In this document: positions 18,476-26,731 of the stretch, one piece after another | Position numbering within the stretch: position 1 is the first letter of the stretch | Layout: each line of letters opens with the position of its first letter | Source of the DNA: Candidatus Hodarchaeota archaeon | GTDB lineage: Archaea > Asgardarchaeota > Heimdallarchaeia > Hodarchaeales > Hodarchaeaceae | Assembly: GCA_016840035.1 (NCBI GenBank) | Contig: JAEOTC010000076.1 | Location: forward strand, 9,419-73,418 | Reading direction: 5' to 3' | Length of the DNA: 64,000 nucleotides | The notes under the pieces: generated by a model | The model's input: only the letters and a program-made list of their open reading frames with translations | What the model was told of the DNA's origin: nothing | The model's database searches: none | Program-made: the position numbers and the translations under genes

Positions 18476-18493
18476 TCATATAGATGAAATTAA

Positions 18494-19423
18494 ATGAGTA
18501 CATGTAATTGTGGATCCATGGCAGTATATTTTGACCCGTTCAATCCTTATTCTCGCCACTTTTGTTCCTCTTGTTTTGTCAAATATATTGAGAGTAAAGT
18601 ATTAAAAAGAGTGCCCCGTAAAGTCCGTGGCCATCCAATTGCTGTTGCAGTCTCGGGAGGAAAAGATAGTCTAGCACTGCTTAATGTTTTATACACCTAT
18701 CGAAGTGAGATGAAAATTCCTTCGATAAGTGTATTCATTCTTGAAGAAGAAATCCCAGAAATTCACCAAGAAAGGCAGTTAATGCTTGAGTTTATCCATA
18801 AAAAATATCCAGATCTTCCGGTCCATTATGTAAAATACTCAGATATCTATGATTACAACCTTCCAGATCTCGTAAATCTGAATGATGTAAAAGGTCTCGG
18901 TTATACCCCATGTACTATCTGTGGAATCCTTCGTAAACACGCTCTTTTCAATCTAGGAATTCAATTTGGAGTTGATTTTATCGCTCTCGGCACAACACTA
19001 GAGGATGAGACTGCTACATCGATATTGAATATTATTCGAGGAATTTCGCTTCAAAGAAATAAACAAAGTTCACAACTGGAAGAGAAACCCACACAAAAAC
19101 TTCCTCAACGCATTAAACCTTTAGTCCGTGTATCAGAAGATCTGATTAATGAGTATATTCGGATTATGGATATCCCCATAATTTCAAGCTCTTGCCCATA
19201 TGCAGATCGGTCTTTAAGATCAGACATATCATCATTCATTTCAAAATTAAAAACTCGCGATCCCCAAGGATCATTTCTTTATAATATCCTGAAAACTAGA
19301 TATCGCTTCACAAAAACCGACAATCAAAGACAAATTTATCCCTGTAATCGGTGCCAGATGGTCTCCCACCAAGTTCTTTGTCCAAGTTGCACTATAATAT
19401 CAAAATTAGAAGACTCGAGCTGA
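18494..19423 (+). CDS. TtuA/Ncs6-type PP-loop tRNA 2-thiolation enzyme
   Basis: PP-loop SGGKDS. N- and C-terminal zinc fingers (CNCG..CSSC; CNRC..CPSC). Internal CTIC..C cysteines typical of the Fe-S TtuA/Ncs6 group. Confidence 0.85.
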   Translation: MSTCNCGSMAVYFDPFNPYSRHFCSSCFVKYIESKVLKRVPRKVRGHPIAVAVSGGKDSLALLNVLYTYRSEMKIPSISVFILEEEIPEIHQERQLMLEFIHKKYPDLPVHYVKYSDIYDYNLPDLVNLNDVKGLGYTPCTICGILRKHALFNLGIQFGVDFIALGTTLEDETATSILNIIRGISLQRNKQSSQLEEKPTQKLPQRIKPLVRVSEDLINEYIRIMDIPIISSSCPYADRSLRSDISSFISKLKTRDPQGSFLYNILKTRYRFTKTDNQRQIYPCNRCQMVSHQVLCPSCTIISKLEDSS

Positions 19424-19540
19424 TATTCTTCTTACCGATACAGAATTTATTTTAGAGAGGGGGTGCAAATCTATATTAGCGGGATTTTTCGTTACAGAAT
19501 CATACAACTTCAATTAAATTATCCTTTAATCGAACAATAA

Positions 19541-21427
19541 ATGGTAAAATCTATGCAAGAACAGCTCTTTTTAGATTTAAGAAAAGCCATAGCCAATAGG
19601 AATATACACCGGGTTAACGACATACAAAAGAAACTTCTATCACTAGATTCTGACCAAAAAGATGAGGATTTGTTTTGGAAACTTCGCATAGAAGCAGAAA
19701 TCCATCATTTCAGACGAAATTATTCCCAAGCAATTTCAATTCTTGAAGAAGCTCAAAATCTGCAAGTGAATCTTTCATTGACTGACAATCAGCTTAGTAG
19801 TCTAAGAGGTAGATATGCCTCCTGTTTATATTCAATAGAAAACTATGAAAAAGCTCACGAGGAGTTTTCCAAAGCCAAAGATTTGAGTGGCCACGATATT
19901 CCAAGATCTTTCTATTACAGATTAAGGATACTTCAATGCTTGCTTAAATTAGATAGAAAATCAGATTATTTTACCTATTATTTTGAGATAATTGAATGTT
20001 TCTTTACTAATCCGTTAGAAAAAGTGTGGAATCACCACTTAGATTATGCTTGGAATCTGATTTCAAGTATCCAGACGAGTAACTGGTTTGGAGAAATCAA
20101 AAAGCTCACATTTGAATATTCCCCTGACAAAACAGAGAATTATACCTCATCACTTTTATATTTTCTTTTTGCCCTTCTCTCCCGGTCTGAAAGCAAATAT
20201 GATGAGATGATCACACATATGAACTCTAGTCTTGCAGCTTTCAGGGAGGGATGGAACGTTAATGATCATAAAAACCTATTACTTAATTGTGCAAATCTTG
20301 TTAGATACCCGTTCAGTGATTTCGCTACCGCTCAAACATTGTTGGAAAAGGCGTTGGCTTTAAGTCCTGATCCTGATGGGTGGAGAGCACAAATTTTAAA
20401 TTCCTTAGGGTCTGTCTCACGATTTACAGGAAATTATCCTCGGGCTATTCAGGTTCTCGAGGAATCTATTGATATTAGTAGGAAATTTCCTTACTTATAT
20501 CAATTAGGATTCGCATATAACACATTGGGAATGGTTTATACACTCTTAGGAGAAAACTTCAAGGCTAAAAAAGCTTTCGAATCAAGTCTTGATTGTAATA
20601 TCAAAGAAAACAATTTCACTGGGCAGGGATATACATTTGGATCAATGGGATGGCTTGAATCTGTGCTGAATAACTTTAAATCAGCTAATGTGTACTATTC
20701 CAAGAGTATAGATGCGTTTGAGAAGTTTGGGAACACACCCCCGATCATTCTTCTCGCAAAAGCGGAAGTCTTATCTCAAATTCATAATTTCATGACTCCT
20801 GATATAGAGAAGTTGCTAAAAAACGCACATGAGCTAATTTGGAAACGTAAAACACGATTAGATAAAGGCAGATACTATATCACATTAGGACATATCTATT
20901 TCAACTTCAAGGATTACTCTAGAGCTGAAGAAAATTATTTAGAATCGCTAATATTTGATGATATTTACGAAGTTTATTCTCAAGGTCTTTTAGGCATAAT
21001 AAAGGTAAAAACATTTCTTTATATCGAATCTGATGACATCAATTTCATGAACCAAGTTAAAACAAGACTATCAAGCCTCAACTCTCTAACTCAAGAGAAT
21101 TCATTGTTGTGGGCAGAGATGAATTTAATTTCATCAATTATTGATATATCGGAAGGAAAATTTGGACAAGCTACCAACAATTTAAAATTATTACGTACTT
21201 ATTCAGAGAATCATGGATTGATCGGGCTTCAATCCCGAATATTAAAGCAAGAAGACTACCTAGCTATATATCAGAAGTACGTACAAATTCAGGATCAAAT
21301 TCAGGATCAATCAGAGATAGAAGATGCAAAATCACAGTCCTTAATGGATGTATTGGATTACTTAAAGGCAATTTCACGCCTATTGACTACTCATTCGACT
21401 GACACCAAGTCTAAAGACCCTAAATGA
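19541..21427 (+). CDS. TPR-repeat protein
   Basis: Many 34-aa A/Y/L-patterned helical repeats (e.g. YNTLGMVYTLLGENFKAKKAFESSL). Confidence 0.75.
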   Translation: MVKSMQEQLFLDLRKAIANRNIHRVNDIQKKLLSLDSDQKDEDLFWKLRIEAEIHHFRRNYSQAISILEEAQNLQVNLSLTDNQLSSLRGRYASCLYSIENYEKAHEEFSKAKDLSGHDIPRSFYYRLRILQCLLKLDRKSDYFTYYFEIIECFFTNPLEKVWNHHLDYAWNLISSIQTSNWFGEIKKLTFEYSPDKTENYTSSLLYFLFALLSRSESKYDEMITHMNSSLAAFREGWNVNDHKNLLLNCANLVRYPFSDFATAQTLLEKALALSPDPDGWRAQILNSLGSVSRFTGNYPRAIQVLEESIDISRKFPYLYQLGFAYNTLGMVYTLLGENFKAKKAFESSLDCNIKENNFTGQGYTFGSMGWLESVLNNFKSANVYYSKSIDAFEKFGNTPPIILLAKAEVLSQIHNFMTPDIEKLLKNAHELIWKRKTRLDKGRYYITLGHIYFNFKDYSRAEENYLESLIFDDIYEVYSQGLLGIIKVKTFLYIESDDINFMNQVKTRLSSLNSLTQENSLLWAEMNLISSIIDISEGKFGQATNNLKLLRTYSENHGLIGLQSRILKQEDYLAIYQKYVQIQDQIQDQSEIEDAKSQSLMDVLDYLKAISRLLTTHSTDTKSKDPK

Positions 21428-21888
21428 TCCTGGGTCCTCCCTCCCCAGAGTCCCTATTTGACTCCCAGGCACACCACTCTTCTCATGTTTCCATGAAATT
21501 CATTCTACTATTGCCAAATGTAGTAGAAAGTCATTAATCGTTAATATTATTGTATCGAGTTTATCTACCGTGGTCGTATATCTTCTTTCTAGGCTTCTTT
21601 CGAACCAGAGAAGATAACCACCAAACTTTAGATGGTAATCTAATATATCTTTTGGTAGTTTTTATACTCCTTAAAAAAAAAGACTATTAATTCGTGTACA
21701 GTATAATAAACACTTAATTATGGCCAATCCTCCCTATTCAATAACAGATTTTTAATCTAAGCACAATTTATGTGATTTAAACAGATTTTTGTAGTTAGAT
21801 AGTCTGATCTCATCAGAAAATGATTGATCAAGTAACCACAAAATTGAAGATTGCATCCTATCAATATTGAGAATAAGAGGTAAAACAG

Positions 21889-23040
21889 TTGAAATCATAT
21901 ATTCGAGACCATTTTCCAGTAGTAGATAAGGCCGTTTATCTCAATCACGCTGCTATCGGCCCTTCACCGAATCCTGTAACACAAGAGGTTCAAAAATGGA
22001 TGGTACATCACAAATCTTATGGTGATATGTATTTCTCGCCTTTAAACAAAATGTATGAAGATATAAATAAAGACCGTGATGTTCTGGGAAGACTAATCAA
22101 TGCAAAATTTCCTAGAGATGAGATATCATTTACTTATAATACGAGTTATGGGTTAGCTGCAATAGCTGAGGCAATTCCCTGGAAGAAGGGAGATTCTATT
22201 ATTCTGAATTATTTGGAATATACATCAAATTCTTATACGTACCAAGCTTTAGCTCGTAAATTCGATCTCAAAGTAAAGACAATACCTCACATAAATGGGG
22301 TTTTACCCTTAGAAAAATTTCAAGCAGCTTTAGATCACACAACTAGGTTAGTGGCAATCTCACATGTTCAGTTTAGCAATGGTTTTCGTATTGATCTTGA
22401 GGAATTGGCTAATCTTGTGCATGAAGTAGGAGGAGAAATAATCGTTGATGGTATTCAGTCTTTGGGAGCAGTTCCTCTGGATGTTCAAAAGACTAATATT
22501 GATTATTTGGCTGCAGGAGGATATAAATGGTTATTGGCCCCGATGGGAACTGGATTTCTCTATGTTCGCAAGGATTTAACAGACACTTTGCAACCCTCTT
22601 TTATTGGGAGTATGTCAGATTCTTCCCCAATGAACCTATCGCATCACTACTATAGACCTGGCCCTTCTGCCAAGCGTTTTCAAGCTTCTCTAGGTCCTAA
22701 TTCATATCTTCTTTCTGTAGCTGTAAAATTTCTTCTAGATATCGGCATTGAGAATATATTTAAGCATCTACTAAACTTAACCAATATTATTATCGATTTC
22801 GTTGCAGACTCTCCCAATTTTGACTTAAATTCTCCCGTGGCCGAGATTAAACAAAGAAGTGGAATTATTAATTTTTCATGTCCTAACGCAGAGAAGATTG
22901 TGACTCAATTACGAAAGTTAGACAAACCCATCGCGGTCTCATACCGTGAAAATGGTATTAGGGTTTCCCCACACTGTTACAATACAGAAGAAGAGGTTCA
23001 AAGTTCTCTAGAAACTATTAAGAAATTAAGTTCCTCATAA
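21889..23040 (+). CDS. Class V PLP-dependent aminotransferase / cysteine-desulfurase-like
   Basis: ..VYLNHAAIGP.. N-terminus and ..AAGGYKWLLAPMGTGFLY.. (PLP-Lys region). TTG start is preceded by GAGGT. Confidence 0.85.
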   Translation: MKSYIRDHFPVVDKAVYLNHAAIGPSPNPVTQEVQKWMVHHKSYGDMYFSPLNKMYEDINKDRDVLGRLINAKFPRDEISFTYNTSYGLAAIAEAIPWKKGDSIILNYLEYTSNSYTYQALARKFDLKVKTIPHINGVLPLEKFQAALDHTTRLVAISHVQFSNGFRIDLEELANLVHEVGGEIIVDGIQSLGAVPLDVQKTNIDYLAAGGYKWLLAPMGTGFLYVRKDLTDTLQPSFIGSMSDSSPMNLSHHYYRPGPSAKRFQASLGPNSYLLSVAVKFLLDIGIENIFKHLLNLTNIIIDFVADSPNFDLNSPVAEIKQRSGIINFSCPNAEKIVTQLRKLDKPIAVSYRENGIRVSPHCYNTEEEVQSSLETIKKLSSS

Positions 23041-23064
23041 TTTCATGATTAAAAAATTGAAAAA

Positions 23065-23751
23065 CTAGTTTTGTTTTTCCTCTATCTTCCAAACACTCTC
23101 TCCTTGCCAATCTCGAATTCGCTTAACTGGACTCCCAGCGTAAATCGAATTTGGTTTAAGCACTCTATTTGCAGGGATCACGGAGTTACTAGCTACAATA
23201 ACATTATCTTGAATCGTAACTCCAGGTAATATTATGGTTCCTGCTCCTATTGTACAATTTTTACCAATGATTATTCTCTTACGAAAAAGTTCCCCCTGTG
23301 AAATAGCATGGGCGCCAATAATACACCCAGTTCCGATTGAGGTGTTCTCCCCGATCTCCATTAATTCTACATCCCAGATTCGTGTATAAATTGCTGCTCC
23401 TTTTCCTATTTTTGCACCAAATAATTTATAGAATAATGAGGGGAACATCTGGTTGATAAACATCTTATTTACAAAATAATATGCTGTATCGGCCGCAGTC
23501 ATACCCACACCCCAAAGTATTTGGTCACGGCCAGTTAAAATACCTTCCTCATTTTTCATGAGCATTCTAGCTGACTTATGTATAGCTGCTAGAACAAACA
23601 AACCAGTAAATAAGGTTAATGTTATAGCAGATATTAAAGACAAGAACAAATTATTGAAAAACAAGTCATTATAAAATAAATCGAAGTAAAATACACCTAC
23701 AAAGATAACTGATGCGAGTAAGACGATCTGAAAGAGAACCCAGGCAGCCAT
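23065..23751 (-). CDS. Membrane-anchored hexapeptide-repeat (LbH) acyltransferase
   Basis: Two or three N-terminal TM helices, then IGENTSIGTGCIIGAHAI..IGKNCTIGAGTIILPGVTIQDNVIVASNSVI. ATG 23751 lies 10 nt after the upstream gene's stop. Confidence 0.75.
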   Translation of the reverse strand: MAAWVLFQIVLLASVIFVGVFYFDLFYNDLFFNNLFLSLISAITLTLFTGLFVLAAIHKSARMLMKNEEGILTGRDQILWGVGMTAADTAYYFVNKMFINQMFPSLFYKLFGAKIGKGAAIYTRIWDVELMEIGENTSIGTGCIIGAHAISQGELFRKRIIIGKNCTIGAGTIILPGVTIQDNVIVASNSVIPANRVLKPNSIYAGSPVKRIRDWQGESVWKIEEKQN

Positions 23752-23761
23752 TATGTATCCC

Positions 23762-25420
23762 TTAGATATCAATATTTTTGGAGGGGGACAAGTGGCCAAA
23801 GACCTCTTCTGCGATATCTACCGCTCCATCAAAGACACTTCGTGCTCCATTCCAAGTTGCAAGATATTTGCCGTACTGGGCACAAAACTTTGTTTGAAAT
23901 TCGTGTAAGGCTTTCTTTAATTCTAAATCGTGCTTATTACTGAAAATTACTGCAGAAATTCCACTACTACTATCCTTATCGGTTATTATAAAGTGATTAC
24001 CGTGCCTAACTAAATTTAGGTCTCCTTTTTCTCTCATCATTTCAGACATGAATGAGGAGACTGCAGTTAAAGCTCCTGACAAGAGTGTAAGTTCAATATC
24101 CGTATCAAGTTCCTTTTGAAAGGCATAATCAAATAATGGTAATCCCCCTTCTTCAATTACCATTAGTAGGGTAAAATCCAGTGGTTCATAGCTATCAGTT
24201 GTCCAAAATAGGGGGAAAGCAGCAAAAAATGCCAATATGATAAGAACGTATGTTACATAATCTAGATTTTCTAAGAGAGGGACCAATAACCAATGCCCTA
24301 CACCATATCCCGCCCCAAGTCCAAATGCGAGTGAAATAAAACCTAACGCAAAGTAGCGACCTAATCCATCCCGCGGAGAAAGATCAGCCCACAAAGAAGA
24401 GTCCAAAGTCGGATGAATTAGAGCAAATGAGAATCCAATTGTCAATGCAGAAATTGCGAAACTTAGCTCTGAATGTTCTAATCCAAGGATCATGGCAGAT
24501 AAAACGATACCGTACAAAGCAAGGACCATAAGATTCTTCCTTCCTATTCGATCAGCTATGATTCCAGCGGGTATGACTAGTATTAAATCGCCAATTAACA
24601 CCAAAACCCAGAAAAGCTTGTCAATGGTAAATTCTAATTCCCCAAGTGCGGGAATCTCATAAGTTTCCGAAATATTTAGAACAGATCCAATTAAAGGGAA
24701 AATAGCGATGGATATACCTAGCATACAATACAATAAGAAGTGAGTACTCAAGTATGCTTGAACAGACCTTCGTCCTACAATTTTTGTAAATTTGGTGGGC
24801 CAAGCATCCGGAATCCAATATTTCAAGTCTCGTGAGAGAACGAAGAAGATAACAGTTAATATAAGTCCTAATATACCAATTCCAGGAATTATTACAGCCC
24901 AGCTATTACTAAGTGGATCCGAAGTAGCAAAATTAGAGGAGATTTCGTCACCAACTACAATACAGATGAGTACTAAGATTATAAACATGAATATCGATGC
25001 TGAATATGTTTTTCCACGAGCAGTTGTGTCAGTCAAACCTGCGAAGATTGTGCCGCTACTAGTAAGAAGAATGGCAAAGGAAAAGGCCAAACCTACGAGA
25101 GAGAGGGAAAACAATATAGTAGAATTAATAAAAACGATAAATAGAATTGAAGTTATTGACGCACCCAGCATCCCGATTACAACACCTTTCTTTAGGAACT
25201 CTGGGTGTGAATCAAGGTAATGGCCTGTAAAATACAGTACTAGGATGACAAGAAGAAGAAGGACCCCGAGAATAATAATTCCAAAACCCATGAAAGGGTT
25301 ATCTTCCGATTGTTCAACATAATCCAATATATCAAAAGAGTAAATTAGCAATAATGTCGCAGCTAAGCACCATGTGAACGTACTGGGGATCAAGATTAGA
25401 AAAAATCTTTTTATATTCAT
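23762..25420 (-). CDS. MFS-like permease with C-terminal cytoplasmic longin-like (SNARE-like fold) domain
   Basis: About 12 TM helices with the ADRIGRKNLMV loop motif. The last ~130 aa (LLMVIEEGGLPLFDYAF..LTAVSSFMSE..ISAVIFS..QYGKYL..EEVF) align by eye with the N-terminal domain of the 29534..30304 product. Confidence 0.75.
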   Translation of the reverse strand: MNIKRFFLILIPSTFTWCLAATLLLIYSFDILDYVEQSEDNPFMGFGIIILGVLLLLVILVLYFTGHYLDSHPEFLKKGVVIGMLGASITSILFIVFINSTILFSLSLVGLAFSFAILLTSSGTIFAGLTDTTARGKTYSASIFMFIILVLICIVVGDEISSNFATSDPLSNSWAVIIPGIGILGLILTVIFFVLSRDLKYWIPDAWPTKFTKIVGRRSVQAYLSTHFLLYCMLGISIAIFPLIGSVLNISETYEIPALGELEFTIDKLFWVLVLIGDLILVIPAGIIADRIGRKNLMVLALYGIVLSAMILGLEHSELSFAISALTIGFSFALIHPTLDSSLWADLSPRDGLGRYFALGFISLAFGLGAGYGVGHWLLVPLLENLDYVTYVLIILAFFAAFPLFWTTDSYEPLDFTLLMVIEEGGLPLFDYAFQKELDTDIELTLLSGALTAVSSFMSEMMREKGDLNLVRHGNHFIITDKDSSSGISAVIFSNKHDLELKKALHEFQTKFCAQYGKYLATWNGARSVFDGAVDIAEEVFGHLSPSKNIDI

Positions 25421-25667
25421 TTTAATTGTATCCTAGAAAGTTTAGTGATTTTTAGGGCGAGTTTTCCTTGTTTACTAAGAAGTCGACTGTTAATGTTATA
25501 AATATCTAAGGAGGATAAAGAGATTAAATTCTTTATTCAGGTTCACAGCATTATTGTAAGAGAAGAAATCAATAACTATTGAACCTAAAGGGATGAAAAT
25601 CTTTTTGGAAAAACTGTAATTGATACAGATTATTATATAGGTGCCTGTAAAAGTGACCATAAACAAA

Positions 25668-26702
25668 ATGTACAACTTACTTTCGGAACTCGTTGTTATT
25701 CCTGGCCCAGTTGGGAGAGAAGAGCAAGTGCAGCAATTTTTAGCTGATAAATGGGAAAAATTCAATCTGAAAACTGAAATAGATAGGATAGGAAATCTTT
25801 ATGGCCATATTTCCGGTGAAGGGCCTCATTGGGCAATCGTATCCCATGCAGATACCATTGGATTTCTAGTGCAACAGATCCTAACAGACGGTTTCTTAAA
25901 GATGGCATTTAACACCGCAGCAACCACACCAGATGCACGTTTTCTTGCAGGATCAACGGTTAGATTTCTTACTGATAACTCAGAAGAAGTCCTTGGATAT
26001 TTTGGTTTAAGAAGTGGGCATTTAGCAGGAATTGAGGGAAAGAAAAAACCAATCCTATTTGATGAGATGTTTATCGACTTGGGAGTAAAATCAAGTGAAG
26101 AGGTTACAAATTTAGGCATTGATATTGGTACCCCTGCAGTTTTTAATTCCCCCTTAGTTCAAATTCAAAATAATGTCGTTGGTCCCTCCATGGATAACCG
26201 AGTAGGATCCACAATTCAAACCATTTTAGCAGAAAACTTAATGAAGAAGAAAAACAAACCAAATCTCACGTTAATTTCTACAGTTCAAGAAGAAATTGGT
26301 ATGAAGGGAGCTGCTGCTGCAGCTGTAGCTGAAAAAGGTAAGTTTGATGGAGTAATTAATTTGGATGTGGGATTGACAGGAGATATTCCATCATCTAAAA
26401 ACGACTTTCTACCAACTAAGTTGAGTTCTGGACCCATCCTTGTCGTAAAGGACTTTTCCATTCACTATTCACATTCATTGTTAACTTCACTGGCGAAATT
26501 AGCAAAAGAGAAGAATATTCCCGTCCAGAAGGCCGTATTCAAAAATTATAACACTGACGGAATGTATTTCTTTATGAACGGGCATCCTACCCTAACTGTT
26601 TCTATACCGTGTAGATATACACACACAAACTTTGAAACAATTAATTTATCAGACATTCAATATACACTAAAGCTCTTGGAATCACTATTTACATCTTCAT
26701 AA
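25668..26702 (+). CDS. M42-family (TET/FrvX-like) aminopeptidase
   Basis: N-terminal LLSELVVIPGPVGREEQV, then HADTIGFLV and ..DNRVG.. motifs typical of M42. Confidence 0.85.
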   Translation: MYNLLSELVVIPGPVGREEQVQQFLADKWEKFNLKTEIDRIGNLYGHISGEGPHWAIVSHADTIGFLVQQILTDGFLKMAFNTAATTPDARFLAGSTVRFLTDNSEEVLGYFGLRSGHLAGIEGKKKPILFDEMFIDLGVKSSEEVTNLGIDIGTPAVFNSPLVQIQNNVVGPSMDNRVGSTIQTILAENLMKKKNKPNLTLISTVQEEIGMKGAAAAAVAEKGKFDGVINLDVGLTGDIPSSKNDFLPTKLSSGPILVVKDFSIHYSHSLLTSLAKLAKEKNIPVQKAVFKNYNTDGMYFFMNGHPTLTVSIPCRYTHTNFETINLSDIQYTLKLLESLFTSS

Positions 26703-26731
26703 TACCTAATGACCAGGTGTGTACGCAAATT

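Noticed and set aside
21287-21310. 12-nt tandem duplication ATTCAGGATCAA x2 within the TPR gene (encodes IQDQIQDQ).
   Set aside because: It is in-frame, has only two copies and lies in a low-complexity Q/D/E-rich segment. This is an ordinary short duplication.
25496-25765. ORFs spanning promoter regions: 25496..25765 (-), 28764..29129 (-), 41583..41768 (-), 35615..35887 (+), 11510..11816 (+).
   Set aside because: They overlap the starts or ends of better-supported genes, have Ile/Phe/Asn/Lys-rich low-complexity translations typical of AT-rich non-coding DNA, and show no motifs.
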